Positions 1 through 14,272 are shown, counted from the stretch's first letter. The stretch: DNA of 64,000 nt from Octopus bimaculoides (GCF_001194135.2 NC_068994.1:38324290-38388289), one strand, 5' to 3'. Notes: generated by a model from the letters alone, not told the origin. A program made the numbers and translations.

Positions 1-41
<41 letters not shown>

Positions 42-299
42 GTTCATATTTATAAATACATATTCATATGCGCAAATGCAAACATACATACACAAGAACA
101 TCTAGATACTTATGCTTATATATCTATAAAGAGATTTTCCCTGAGCTGAAAACTGTGTATATATATATGTATACAATTAGTATCATATGCAGATGGCTAT
201 ATATATTAAAAATGAGGAAGGCCAGTTTGTGGGATTACCTTAGTTTCCCATCCGTAAAGGGTTTAGTTTTATGGTGTATCATCAGATCTGAAAAACTTA

Positions 300-1473
300 T
301 TGGCCCATGACCTCTTAAAAATATGGAGGGGGCAATGCCTCACTACTCAAAGATAACAATTGGTGATTTTCTCTCTTTGCTATTGGCTATCAAGTTCCGG
401 CTGTATGCGGCCCCATACTCTAATGAGTCCCTAGCTGTCAGTGGATTTAGGGACTGCATCTCCTACATGCTGGAACCCAATCACCACAGAAGGAAGCACC
501 ACCAAAATATCATTTGGTTTGCACTTCTCCCTTAACACAAAAACGCCTGTGGGTAGAATATTCCTTAAATTAATAGATAAGCATTTCACTATCTCCCATA
601 GGCGCAGGAGTGGCTGTGTGGTAAGTATCTTGCTTACCAACCACATGGTTCCAGGTTCATTCTCACTGCGTGGCACCTTGGGCAAGTGTCTTCTACTATA
701 GCCTCGGGCCGACCAAAGCCTTGTGAGTGGATTTGGTAGAGTGGATTTGGTAGATGGAAACTAAAAGAAGCCCATCGTATATATGTATATATATATGTGT
801 GTATGTGTGTGTATATGTTTGTGTCCGTGTTTGTCCCCCCAACATTGCTTGACAACCGACGCTGGTGTGTTTACATCTCCGTAACTTAGCAGTTTGGCAA
901 AAGAGACCGATAGAATAAGTACTAGGCTTCCAAAGAATAAGTCCTGGGGTCGATTTGCTCGACTAAAGGTGGTGCTCCAGCATGGCCACAGTCAAATGAC
1001 TGAAACAAGTAAAAGAGTAAAGAGTATAGGTACGGGCCCATTTTCAAGAAGCACAACATTAGAGTCTTAGCTGTGCTCCCAACATTAAGAGCATCCTAGT
1101 TAGCACCCTTAAGTTACAGAAAGAGGCAGGATGTTCATGCAGGGACTGCAACAGATGCCTAGTGGAAGTCACTGCGAAACTAAAGGGGTAGTCTATGAAG
1201 CCTAAGTACTAGCAAACCCTTGCAATACCACCAGTAGAAGCAGTAGCAGCCGTAGACATGAGAACAGAACCAGCAACACTCTCTCCATTGCCACAGTTAA
1301 CGTTAGTAACAATAGCAATAACAGTACCAGCAACAGCATTGGCAGTTCCCCCAACAGCAACAACACTTAGAACAATAGCAGCAGCATCGACATCAGTGCT
1401 GAATGAAGAAGCTAGCGTTTTGACACTTAAAAATGACCACTGATAAGATTATTGGAACAAACGAGAAAGTTCT

Positions 1474-1476
<3 letters not shown>
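300..1476 (+). mobile_element. Degenerate Penelope-like retroelement (RT C-terminus to start of GIY-YIG region), interrupted by a SINE
   Basis: Frameshifted peptides AAPYSNESLAVSGF..RRKHHQNIIWF / FSLNTKTPVGRIFLKLIDKHFT. Removing the SINE restores ..TISHRYGPIFKKHNIRV, followed by PNIKSILVS..GCSCRDCNRCL..GVVYEA. This matches my recollection of the PLE IIWFNPP..FLxLIDKHF..KIF..SYSC.PN region. A 32-nt poly(A) follows at 1477-1508. Confidence 0.7.
603..1025 (+). mobile_element. tRNA-derived SINE (abundant octopus OR/OK-like family)
   Basis: A-box-like TGGCTGTGTGG, B-box-like GGTTCCAGGTTCA, internal (AT/GT)n and a GAGTAAAA repeat tail. ATAGG is repeated at 598-602 and 1026-1030. Partial copies recur across the window. 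Confidence 0.8.
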
Positions 1477-1510
<34 letters not shown>

Positions 1511-2283
1511 ATTTTAACAGTATTTTGTGGCATAGAAACTCATAAATTTATTCTGTACGAATACTTTTTTCACCCTTAAATATTTATAATTGTCTATAAA
1601 TTCATTAGTTACTATAATTTATTAGTTTCTTTTGCATATTCTTAGTTTATGCATGTGTGTGCAAATATAGTATTGGTATGTCCCGTTTATGTTCATCAGA
1701 AATTAAATAATTAAGAAAATTGACATGTACGAATATTTATTTCCCCCCACTGTATATATATCATCATTGTAATGACCACTTTTCCATACTTGCATTGGTT
1801 GGGCAGAATTTATTGAAGCAGTTCTTCCTGTCACCAACCCTATAGAAGACACAATGTAAAGGCTGGAAACCAGGCTTCTTATCCACGTAGTTACAACTTT
1901 AAACACACCTGAATTTATATTGAATTTTAGAAAAAAGACAAGTCAACATAAAAATACTCAAATTTGATATTATTTATTCATTTATAAGAATATACATTAA
2001 CATACCTAAAACAAAATGAAAACAATGATAAAATAATAAACATAGTTTGAAATTTGGATGACATGAAATATACATCAAATATATCAATAAAAATACTGCA
2101 TTTCTTAATCATCTTTTGTATATAGATGATTGTGGTTACATGTATGTATATGCAAAATATATATATTGTTGTACTTTGAGAGGATAATGCTGCCAATGAA
2201 AATATGCACAGACTAGTAATTCACTTCTGTATTGTTACTTATTAAATGGTTTACCAAAATTTGTCACCACCAACTGTAGACTT

Positions 2284-2531
2284 CATCATCATCATTTAAT
2301 GTCTGCTTTCCATGCTAGCATGGGTTGGATGATTTGATTGAGGACTGGTGAACCAGATGGCTGCACTAGTCTCCAATCTCATCTGACAGAGTTTCTACAG
2401 CTGGATGTCCTTCCTAATGCCAGCCAGTCCGATAGTGTAGTGGGTGCTTTTACGTGCCACTGGCACAAGGGCCAGTCAGGTGGTACTGGCAACGGCCAAA
2501 CTCAAAATGGAGTCTTTTACATGCCACCTGC
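2284..2531 (-). mobile_element. 3' tail of RTE-type LINE or its derived SINE
   Basis: Same sequence as the 3' end of the LINE at 15480-15992 (CATCCAACCCATGCTAGCATGGAAAGCAGACATTAAATGATGATGATG on the minus strand). Confidence 0.8.
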
Positions 2532-2999
2532 ATTTCTTTTTTAATTTGTACATAAGTATGAGTGTAGATGCTGATGGCAGGGTTTGGTGTTTATGACAAA
2601 GAACAGAATTTGTTTATTTCTTAATTTTTGTTTTTGTAAATACACACACATACCTTCCCCCATCCACCCTTACACACACACAACACACACACGTGTTGCT
2701 GCATATTATTTGGATAGTAAATTGTTCCTTGTAGCAAACTAACTTTCTATTACCATTATCCTTGTTATTGTGGTGATGGTGGTGTGAAGATGGCATTTAT
2801 GTGTAAGTGTGTTGGCGGTGAAGGGGTTTGTTGTTACTCCACTCATGGGAGAGGATAGGTTTCAAATTCTACTTCCAGTATGTGCACTGCTTCAGTGACT
2901 TGTCTATGCACTGGATATTGTGGATGGACAGTGAGAATTGAATGAATTTTCATTTAGATGTTTTTGATCCATTGTGTTTATGCAGGTATGTTGGTAGTC

Positions 3000-4600
3000 T
3001 CCTTTCATTGCCTTCTCACAAAGTTCTTCAAACCTTTCATCTATACTATAGACCATTTCTCCAATATAATTTGCAGCAGCACATTTTTATACACCTCATG
3101 CAATACACTACATTATTAGTTTTGCAGATTATCTGTGGGTTGGCTCTACATACCCTGCAGTTTTTGTTAGTAAAGCAGTTTTTCAAATAGATATGACCTA
3201 CTAAATAATGGCTCGATATATTGACTTCCTTTTTATTACTTTGCATCTAAGCTGTGTTTCATGCTCTGCTTTTATAAATTTATGGAATTATTCATTTCTG
3301 GGTGCAACATCTCTAAAATTACATCCTGAAATACCATGGGCCTAATTCTATTACCTATTCCTTTCTAATTTGCTCTGCTGTATGGAACATATGTATATTT
3401 TATTCACATCATTGCTGAGCATAATTTCAATCATTTTCTTGGTTCTTTTGCATAGTCTGAGTCAATTCTATCAGTTATATCCAAAGAATTACATGTGTTG
3501 CATTAAAACTTGTATGTGCTATTGTACAAGCTTACTAAGGCCGTTTAATAGGAATGCTTATTTTTATGTTATCTAACATAATGGAGCTCTGGTGACCAAG
3601 ATACTTTGCACAATGTGAATGTAAGATCTTTCTTTTGTTCATGTTTTCAAGCAATAGTTTAATATCCAGAATGTCTTTTATTGTGGATGCTGGATGGATA
3701 GTAAATAGTCACCTTGATGCTTTCGTGGATGAAGTTTGCTATATGCTGAATGTTATCCATGAATATCCTTCTAGCAGAGGGTAACAAATATGGTTTGCGT
3801 CCTTTTACATATCAAAAGTACAATATTTCACTTAAAATTCTTTGCTCAGAAGTCTTATTCTATGTCATGAAGAGTTTGGCTACAACTGATGTGAAAGCAT
3901 CATTCTCTTGAATAGGTAGTTTACTGCTGAATTATATTATATACAAATCTTGAGTCATTTTTAAGCCAGTACCAACAACACATCATTACATTTCATATTT
4001 GATCAGGATTCACTGAGATTTGGATGGATTTACTCCATCCCTTAATGTACATTAGAAAAGAGGTCTTTTTTTTATGGTTGAGATGTTAGTGGATGATCTA
4101 CCTTATTTGGGTCAGGTAGAGTCAAATACTATTAGGTCATGTTTGTCCAAGTAATCATAATCATATTTGAATTTTAGGAGTCTTGTTGACATCACAAAAT
4201 ACCACATTGCTTTCACAAAGCCATGTACAGTAAAATCTCACTATGGAAAAATCACCATCAGTAGATTGATAGATATAGAGATAATTCACCTACACTTTTT
4301 TGATAATGAATTCTGTAAGGTTGCAATAATCCATCTTGCTGAGGAGGTCTTCAAGGCATGCATTGCAATCACCTGGACATTGTTTTGTAAGTGTATAGTC
4401 ATTATGAGGAAATATGACACCTCTGTGCTGGGCCAACATCTCCAGGAACTACAAGCTAAGGTTAGTGACCAGAGTTAAATTTATGACTGTTTCGAAGTCC
4501 ATATAATGTGGTGGGAATATTGATGGTGGATGGGAAGTTGCTTGCAATTTGTCTTTCCAATCAGAGTTCATAAACCATTGGCAGAATGACCATCCTAAAG
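3000..4600 (-). mobile_element. Highly degraded retroelement RT, possibly Penelope-like
   Basis: Short minus-strand peptides such as IQHIANFIHESIKVTI and EDLLSKMD resemble PLE RT motifs. Many stops and frameshifts; no intact motif run. Confidence 0.35.
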
Positions 4601-7600
4601 TATAACAATATCTATTTCAACACAGTTTCACATCACAAAATTTTGCAAATGCAGATATGAAAAAGACATGTATTTTCTTTTTTTATGTATAGAAATTATT
4701 CACACAAACACACACACACAATAGTTTGCATAGTGTATTTCATTTTTGTTAGACAGGAAAACAAAGTGTTTTGTATATGTTTATGATATAAATGTGTACA
4801 ATGTAATGCATAAACATGTGTAGTAATAAAGATATAAAATTTATACCTATGAGTTTCATAAAAGCCAGCCTCATTTGGGCAAATGGAACTAATCAGTTGG
4901 AGAAAAGTAAATGAATGGTCTAAATTTTTTATTGATCCTTTTGTTTTGAAAACTCGAGTTTCATTCTCAGTGCATGTCAGGATATCTTCTTTAACACTTT
5001 AATATTTAAACTGGCTATAACTGGCTCAAATAGTCTATCTGTTTTATGTTCAAATTAACCAGATTTGGCTTCACATACCTATCCTACAATGTTATTCTAA
5101 AGATATACAATCACATCACCCACATTGCAAAGCTACAAGATATTGCATAACTACTTCAAAACAATGTGAATAAATAAGCATAACATTCAATAAAGTAATC
5201 TGAATGGGTTAATGCCTGAGTATGCAACACCAGTTTGATATAGGTTCAGATTCATTTTGTGTGACAATATGGATCTTTTCTATGAGGCATGGGTAACAGA
5301 AACTCAACCTCTTTTCCTTGTTCATTACTTTATATTTGTTTCCTCCATATCTCTATTTCTAAAATATATTTATAAATTTTAAGAATGCCAACTTTTAAAT
5401 GCCTACTTGGTAAAGGTTATGTAGCTGATTTAGATATTATCAGTGACAATGTCACTGCGGCAGATGATACATTGAATTATAATTCATTTTCCTTCAAGGA
5501 CATAGAATTATTCTTACTTGTTTGCTATATTTTGCTTGAATACACCAGTGATGTTTACAACATTTTTCTTGAAGATGCTGAAGATGTCTGGTACACAGCT
5601 AAAACTTTACTTTCCTTCTACTAAACAACTAGTGCAAGTTGCACTATTTATAAATTGGCAATAAAGACGGCATCCAGCCATAGAAACAAAGCTAAAATGA
5701 CATTACAATCACCTATCTATAAAAGTTGTTGCTCTCAATGAAAAAAATTTCTCAGATCATGACAATCCATCTAACTCATGCCAGTATGGAAATCAGATGT
5801 AAAAATAATAACAATGATGATGAAGGAAAAGGCAGTTTCTTGCCTGACACATTTTCACATCAAGTCATAAGGCAGATTGCACATAAGGATATTTTCTCCA
5901 TGGTATTCTTGCAGGGGACATTTGATCATCCTGACATATGAAGTACTTTGAATAACACTTGAAATCATAAACTACAAAATCACCCAACAAATGCATTATT
6001 TACTTTTCAGCCACTGAAAGTACCTTCAACTAGAATATAGACGGGCTACATATGTAAATAAGGAATAAGTTTTACATCTCAATTACACATATAAATGTGT
6101 GTGCATGTGTTTTTAGTTCAGGGTTATGGTAGATATTACAAGATAAAATATCAAATATGTAGTCAACAATTAGTTGATAAAACAGAACAGCTTTTCTGAA
6201 ATTGTCACGGTTTTGTTTGCGAACATACAATATAGTTTATAAGGAATAAAAATAATGTAAAACCAATGTAATTTTGATTATAAATATTTATATTGATAAA
6301 ATATTGTAAACTGTTATATAATATTCATTATAAATATTTAAATGCTTGTGAAAAATATTGTAAATTTATATAATTTGAATTGTAAATATTTAAATGCTTA
6401 GAAATAATAGGTTGGGGTTTTCTTTTCATATTTTTGTCCAATAATCTTTTGTTAAGCAAAAATGGTAATTATAAAAACAATAGGCACAATATTCCAAAAT
6501 GGAGGCAAATTGTAAAAAAACACATGAATGCATATTTTACATTTTTTTTAAAGCAGAAAGCTTTTGATCAAAAAGCCAGCATGAAGATAAAAATATGTGG
6601 GTTGAATTTCCTCTAAGCACTCACTCTTTATTTGATTTCAGTCTGTATTCTCAATCCAAAACTGCTTAAAAAATATAAACATACATTTTCACATTTACCT
6701 TTCAGTCTTAGTTTATCCACCATTAAATAGAAACAATTGAAGTTTTAACTTCATTTGTATTATATATTTGATACATTTGGTAAGTTAAGCATTGAATAGA
6801 ATAAATAAAAAAAAGACTAAACATTCGTCAAAACATTCTGCATTCCAACTAGATCAATATATATATATTTATATAAGGCAGGTAAAAGTAAAAAAATATA
6901 AGATTCTTAAGATAGTATGGAAAATTTTCGTTTTGATTAGTTAATAATGAAACAAGGATGGAAGACTAATAAGAGTTGTATGCTTAGATTTAAAAAAAAA
7001 AATATGGATAAAGGAAATGAAGATAGTCATAAAACAGTCATAAATGCCACATCATGTCCAACTTGAAATTAACTCATGAATCAACATGAAGTTAGAGAAG
7101 ACTAGTTCAAATAAAAGAAAGCACTCTTTATATATACTTTCAAAGTAATATAGGAGATAAATGAAAAAAGGGAATTCATGTGTGTGTGTGTGTTGGCGCA
7201 GTAAAATCTTAAGAATTTGAAAATCCCAAAATAGAATATGATGTGTGTAATTAATTGTTAAAGAGGTTAAGAATGCCAATGTTTGATTGTGTGAAGTTAA
7301 GGGATTTTACAAGCTCCATTCTCTGAGGCAAGTCTTTGAGTAATGTCAAAGTTATGTGGAAGAGATAATGAGAACTGTATGAAATTTTGAATAATAACTG
7401 AATAAATATATTTGAATACTTGATGGTTTTAGCAATAAGAAGTTAAAAGCAAAAAAAAAAAAACAAAAAAAAAACGAGTTAAATGTCTGAAAGACTTCTA
7501 CATATACACATGTGTGTGTTTGTGTGTATTATATATTAACACATCAATTTATTATGGCATACTTGGTAGGTTAATATTAATTTATAAATCTAAAAAGAAG

Positions 7601-9493
7601 CAAAAAAAAAGTGTTTGTGTCATGTTTGTTTCTCTTTAAATTGTAGTTTTGAGAGAAATATTTTCAAGAATATAATTAGTTTAGACCAACAGCAAACGTT
7701 TTAAGGGCAATTGCCTTGCTAAAAGCAAGGTTAGTTTTGCTGGCTCCACACTCTTTTAATCACACTACTCTTTTGCCCCGTTTTGAGGCAGTGTTTTATG
7801 AGAGGATACCCTTTCTGGCACCAGCCCTTTTATTGACCTCTTGTAGTAGTAAGGATATGGTGTAGCTATTTTAAAACCGGGGTACATGCACTTTGGAATA
7901 TTTTTTTCTTAATTCCAGAAGTATAAATGATATTATTTAGTTAACACTGTCATCAATGGAAATGGTAATTGTAATACCTGTAAAGTTGAATCAGTTATAT
8001 GGTTGTGATGGTTTGTACCAAATAGCAGACAACTGATAGATTAAAAATATTAAAAAAAAACAAATCAGAAAAATATTGAAAGACTATATTTAAAAACCTT
8101 TTATACAATATATTGAAATATATAACCTGAAACACGACATCATTTATAGACTTTTACCTCTCAGCAATAAAAGAGATAGAGGAAAGCTGTTAAGTAAGAT
8201 AAAATGATAAATTTCATATTATATGCTACAATAAAATGAGAGTTACTCATATAACTCCTGGTAACCTCTGCTTTAATTTAAGACTAATATCAACAGAGTA
8301 AAATATATGTTATTTTACATAGGGTAAGGCTCTATCTTTCATTGAAGTCATTATTCATTACAAAAACAGCATCATAAGAGAGACACAAGGCACTAGTGTA
8401 GATACAAGAGGTCTAATATAATAGACAATTGTTCCAATAATTTGCTGTGTTGTGTTGAAATCCTATGTGATAGACTTGAAATAATGGTAGAAGAAATATC
8501 TTGTCTTTCTGAATGTGAGGTATCACACTCTCTGGTGATTGCTAATGATAACCACTTATCTAAAAAAAAACGTCTAAAATTATATCACCAAATTTTGCTA
8601 GCTTACAGCTATAGCAACATATTCCCTATTTTTTTCACACTCAGATGATGGACAAGCACTCGTAGAAAAATACACTGAATTCAGGTAACTCTATGGATTC
8701 TGTTATACACCCGAAAGGCTTGGTTTCTTTTTCAAAACCAGAAAGTAGTTCAGTCTGAAAAGCTATATATAACATTATGTTTCATATAGTAGTGGAGCAG
8801 CTTCTACACACACCAGCTTTCTAGACCATATAAGAAATAAACATTTGACTTGTTAGAAAAGATTCATTCACCAACAACTCATTACAACTACAACCCCAAC
8901 AATATTCTGAATCTTCTCTTTGCCCTTTCTTTGACTACAACAAATTTTGATCCTCTGACTTTCAATTTAAGATGAGAGTGAAAATTATGAGTTCATTATT
9001 ACATATCACATTCAGAGATCATCATTTATAATGTATAGAGAGTATCATGAATAGCATTCATAGATCATCATGTATAACATACAGAGGGTATCATATGTAA
9101 TGTACAGAGGGTATCACATATAGTGTAGAGAGATGATTGCATATAACAAAGGAGTTATCACATATAATGTACAGAGATGAGCATAAAAACGAATTTAACA
9201 AAGATCACTGTCAGGTCACAAACAACTTCTGATGATCCTTTACATGAAACATCAACTACATGTAGTCACAGCCTGTTACTATTTTCAAGTCTATAATAGG
9301 GATTTGAACAGTACAGCAAATTAATGCAGTACTCACAAAAGTAAATTCTGTTTACTCTGTAATAATTATTTACAGTTTGATGAGTTGAGTGAATGGGAGT
9401 TGACTGGTTTGGACTATGCAGTTCCAGGGAAGAGACACAAGTCACCATTACTTTCTCAGTTCAAATATTTGTTACATAGTAAAAGACACAGAA

Positions 9494-9971
9494 AGCAGAG
9501 TCATCTTCAACAGCATTGAAGGTCCTTACCAGGAAAAGCAATGCATGGAGCTCACTACAGACACAATCGCAGCATAGACAGATTAGCATTAGGCTACAAG
9601 ACTTTCAGATACACATTTCCATAACATTGAGAGTAGCCGAATTGAAATACTTCACACAGCAAGTATAAATATACATGGCTGTATACTTAAGAAGCTGACT
9701 TTGAAATCATATGGTTTCAAGTACTGCCTTACTGGCATAGCACCTAGACACATGAAGACCCCTGGATAACTGCTCAGTGTGCTCATACATTCAGATGGCA
9801 CTGAAGGTGAACTCTTCAGTTTGGTAAAGCATTTTGGTTACAGATAGGCAAAAAGCATTGATACCACTTTGTTTGGTCATCTTCAGAGCAGAGTCATCTT
9901 CAACAGCATTGAAGGTCCTTACCAGGAAAAGCAATGCATGGAGCTCACTACAGACACAATCGCAGCATAGA
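9494..9971. repeat. Exact 85-bp direct duplication (9494-9578 and 9887-9971)
   Basis: AGCAGAGTCATCTTCAACAGC...CAATCGCAGCATAGA occurs twice, identical, 393 bp apart. Confidence 0.9.
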
Positions 9972-10225
9972 TTGTCAGATAAATTTATTCGTTTTTGCTT
10001 GATATTTTTTTTTCTTTGATTTACTTTGAGGTTTTCCATGTTATCTGAACTAACACAAAAAATAGTTTTATCTATTTAAGCTACTTTTTTCTTTTTGTAG
10101 TTCTATTCTTCCTCTACACCTTTTTTTTTTATCATGTTTGACATTTAAATAAATTTTCACCTGTTTTCAGACATACGGAATTGGAGTGCCAAGTAGGAAA
10201 CAAAAATATTATCTGACAACAATTG

Positions 10226-11540
10226 TATGTTAATGTAAACTTATTTGGTCATTTATATATGATCATGTGAATGTGTCATTTGGTCAATTATATATTGCAT
10301 ACAAATAAAAACATGTTATTTGGTCATTTAAATGATGTTAATGTAAACTCATTTAGTCATATGTCAATATAAACTTATATTGGTCATTTATATATTACTA
10401 GCAGAGGCACCCGGCATTGCTCGGGAATGAAATTGTTGCTTATATACTTGAAGAAAAAAAGGCAAAATATGCTGTATAGAAATTTGAGGACATTCTGTAG
10501 ATGGACTCTCAGATGAATGATGGCTGGGCGCCTCTCATGAATGGGGAAAATTGAAGATGTGCCAAAAAGCCTCATTGGTACTTGGAAACTTTTACGAAAA
10601 TTAAAATGGGGATCGTTGCCAGTGCCCCTGGACTGGCTCTTGTGCGGGTGGCACATAAAATACACCATTTCGAGCGTGGCCGTTGCCAGTACCGCCTGAC
10701 TGGCCTTCGTGCGGGTGACACGTAAAAGCACCCACTACACTCTCTGAGTGGTTGGCGTTAGGAAGGGNNNNNNNNNNNNNNNNNNNNNNNNNNNNNNNNN
10801 NNNNNNNNNNNNNNNNNNNNNNNNNNNNNNNNNNNNNNNNNNNNNNNNNNNNNNNNNNNNNNNNNNNNNNNNNNNNNNNNNNNNNNNNNNNNNNNNNNNN
10901 NNNNNNNNNNNNNNNNNNNNNNNNNNNNNNNNNNNNNNNNCATGTATACGTACATGCATAAATATACATACATCTTTGGATGTATGCATATGACAACACA
11001 GCCCTTGACTCACTCACACTGTCTCTTACAAACACGCATACACACGTGTGTCTTTGTAAATATGTTTGTATACATTTATGTATGTATGTGTTTGTAAGAG
11101 ACAGTGTGAGTGAGTCCAGGTGCTTGTGTATGTGTGTGAGACAGAGTGAGAGAGCGGTGTGTATGTAGTATTTACTCTCTCTCTCATACACACGAACACA
11201 CAAAATAGAAAGTGAAGCTTTTTGCGGTTGTTATGTCAATACTGGAAGTTGACATTGAGGAACCTTTTTAAAGAAGTGAATCTTAAATATAAAGCAATAT
11301 TATTTATTTTTAATTAAAAAAATCAAATGAAGAGCCTAAGATTTATCCGAGGTCAAATTATTCATGCATTACAAGTATGGAAGCATTTGATGAAGTCGAT
11401 TTCGCGTGAAAAGCGATTACACACACATCTCTGCTTTATATATAGTATAGATGTTAATGTAAACTTATTTGGTGATTTACATATGATATGCTAATGTAAA
11501 CTTAATAATTTGCATACAACTCATATGTTGATATAAACTT
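10226..11540. repeat. Degenerate ~35-bp minisatellite (TGTTAATGTAAACTTATTTGGTCATTT..) split by a Helitron
   Basis: Units at 10226-10397 and 11452-11540. Joining 10397 to 11452 restores a unit. Confidence 0.65.
10398..11451 (-). mobile_element. Non-autonomous Helitron with a nested RTE-tail copy (about 10612-10767) and an N-gap
   Basis: Minus strand starts A|TCTATACTATATATAAAG and ends with hairpin CCCGAGCAATGCCGGG (10410-10425) then CTAG|T. Inserted between A and T with no TSD. Confidence 0.8.
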
Positions 11541-12759
11541 GTTGTTTGCTTCAATACATAATGAAAATGTTTTAACTGCACGATATATGCTAATAATGTA
11601 GGGATATGTGTTTTTCTAACAAACATATCCTTCCACTACAAGTGAAAAGGAGTTTTCTCAATATACAGACATCTAACATGTCATAAAAGTGTTGTGTTCT
11701 TGAAAAAAAATCTTGCTTATAACGTGAAATTCCATAGTGCAACTATATTTCTCATAAACTTTTCACGTTCATTGATTTCCATATAACATGAAAGTCAACA
11801 GAAAAATAGGTTTTGCATCACAGAATCCATTACAAGATTTTCAGATACACATTTCCATAATACTGCGAGTACATGAATTGGAACACTTTGCACAATAGGT
11901 ATAGACATACAAAGCTGTGTATAGTTAAGAAGTTCACTTTGAAACTATGTGGTTTCATTCAAGTCCAGCCCCACAGCATGGCACCTTTGACAAATGTCTT
12001 CTACTATAACCCTGGGCCAACCTATGCCTTGTGAGTATGGCCAAAGTCTGATGACTAAAATCAATGAAAGAAAAGCTTAAGGAGCTCACCTATTTTTCCT
12101 TTCCTATTTATTTGTCAATAATAACATAGAGAGAGTCTATAGTGTGTGTATATTATATATATATATATACCATAGTAGCAGCTAGGCAATCAGCTGCTGT
12201 TATACACTGGTCACAATCCACTTCCAATTGTCTTGATTGTGCCATTCTTTTCTATTTTTACCTAAACTGTTTGACAAAACCATGATACTGTGATATATAT
12301 ATATAGATAGATAGATAGAGAGTTGTTTCTATGTTCATTTATTTTGAAAGACATTTTTTCATTCTTAAAACTGGTTAGACTAATTTATATTACTGAGGCA
12401 TTATCTTACTTAGGGGTACACTTCCTGTTACTAACCCCTACCTATTTTACAAGTAACGAATCTCATAATCCACATTTGTTGGAAAGTACAGAGCAAGAAA
12501 ATGATTTCTTGATTGCAAAATAACAACAAACTTCACTGCTAGTAGTTTAGTGTTTTTTTCTATATGAAGTACATAGGGTGTATATATTTGCATTGGCACA
12601 CGCACGACATACTTCATACAATTTCCTTCCACTAAATTTGATCACAAAGCACTGATCAGTCTAGAGCTATTATAGAAAACACTTTACCCATGGTAATACA
12701 CAGTAGGGTTGAACTTAAAATCACATACTTGAAAAGTGAACTTCAAAACTTCACATCCA

Positions 12760-12960
12760 TTCCTATATATATGTATGTATGTATAGACACACACACTGAA
12801 TATATATTATATATACATATACACACTGTACGTATGTATGTGTATGTATATACATATATACACTGTACCTGTGTGTGTGTATGTATATATGTATATATAT
12901 ACACAAATACTGTACGTATATGTGTGTACACACACACACACACACACACATACAGTATGT
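12760..12960. repeat. Compound (AT)n/(AC)n/(GT)n microsatellite, representative of many in the window (e.g. 1-38, 14205-14240, 19020-19049, 22976-23008, 27067-27114)
   Basis: Direct inspection. Confidence 0.9.
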
Positions 12961-13332
12961 ATGATTTACATATTTTTTTTCTACTTTCAGTCCAAGGACT
13001 ATGGCTGTGCTGGAGCACCACCATTTACTTTGCTAGACTTTCACTAAACCTCCTCTGATAGTGTTTGAAAATATTCTAAGAGACATTCTTTTCTACTCTA
13101 ACTACAAGGCCCAAAATTTTGTGGGAGGGAGCCAGTCAATTAGATCGACCCCAGTATGCAACTGGTACATTGTAGTCATATATAGCATAAGTCAAAACAT
13201 CTACTAAAAGTCTAGTCATATCAAATACTATCCATACAAAAGAAAAGTTTCTTCACCAATGCTACCAATTTGTATGTTGGCCAGTTCAACTTCTGCCTTT
13301 CTCCATTTGAGTAGAGCAAATATTCTTCAGTG

Positions 13333-13407
13333 TTATTTCCTTTCATTCTGATATAGAGTTAAATTGCCATGGTTTTCTATATTATCATACTTGGGAGTGG
13401 CACAAAT
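13333..13407 (-). CDS. Candidate terminal coding exon of Pcdh gene F (ICATPKYDNIENHGNLTLYQNERK* in phase 0)
   Basis: Acceptor ctgttttattttcag|ATTTGTGCCACTCCCAAGTATGA resembles the start of paralog terminal exons (ag|ATCTGTGCCGCTATCAATATGA). Open for 24 codons in the phase required by the gene F donor. No transcript evidence. Confidence 0.45.
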   Translation of the reverse strand: MCATPKYDNIENHGNLTLYQNERK

Positions 13408-14199
13408 CTGAAAATAAAACAGTTTATCAAAAATGTTAATTTCTTACTTAAAGGTTAAAAGAATTTCAGTTATATATACAGGCAAATCTGTACAGTTAAG
13501 TTCTCACTTCAATCACATGGTTTTGGGTTCAGTCTCAATTAGTGGTACCTTGAGCAAATGTATTGCGCCAGGTCAACCACAATTTTGCATGTGGATTTTG
13601 TGAATGGAAACTCGTTCAATGTGTACATTCATTTTCAATTGTCACTTCTGTCAACAAATTATTCCCTTGGTTTCCGCCTTCAAAGACATGTGAAATAAGT
13701 AATCCTTTACTTGAGAAAACACTCAAATCTTCTGAACTTCTTTAAAAAATCAACTTTATTCTTCAGCGTCATATACATTTGCAGTCTTCACACATACCTA
13801 CTACATCTGATTCTTCTTATAACCAGCTTTCCTTTCAGCTCACTTGTGCTTCATAATTCATACACACTAACATTACACAGCATGTAGAATCTGCTTGCTG
13901 CATTTCTTTACTATTGACTGTTCTTATACATCAGCCATATATGAAATCTTTCTTCTCAGCCAGCCTACCTCTGATCTTTACATATATAGTATATTAAATA
14001 TGGCTAAAAGAAATATGAACTCAATACATGCAATGAAGAGAATATATTTTTCCTGGGAGAACTGAAGATATAATTTTTCACAATAAATGATTTGGTTGAT
14101 CTCTGTAGATAATCAACAGATAGTTGAATGCCTCTATCCTGAGAGGAAACTAGTGAGTCACTATAAGGAATTATACCTTCAACACATACACTCTCTACC

Positions 14200-14248
<49 letters not shown>

Positions 14249-14272
14249 GTATTTATTTGTATAAGTGTGTAT

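Noticed and set aside
1258-1443. 61-aa Thr/Ala-rich ORF
   Set aside because: Low-complexity AAC/AGC-rich tail of the retroelement, with no recognisable domain.
1440-1470. Hammerhead ribozyme core at the end of the Penelope-like element (CTGATAAG..GAGAAA)
   Set aside because: The core deviates from CUGANGA and no convincing stem II or flanking stems can be drawn.
1726-1754. Tc1/mariner-like terminus (TA-CAGTGGGGGGAAAT on the minus strand)
   Set aside because: No matching opposite TIR or transposase was found.
5385-5624. 79-aa ORF as a host exon
   Set aside because: Weak resemblance to a decayed LINE RT (YVADLDIISDN), and no supporting splice sites.
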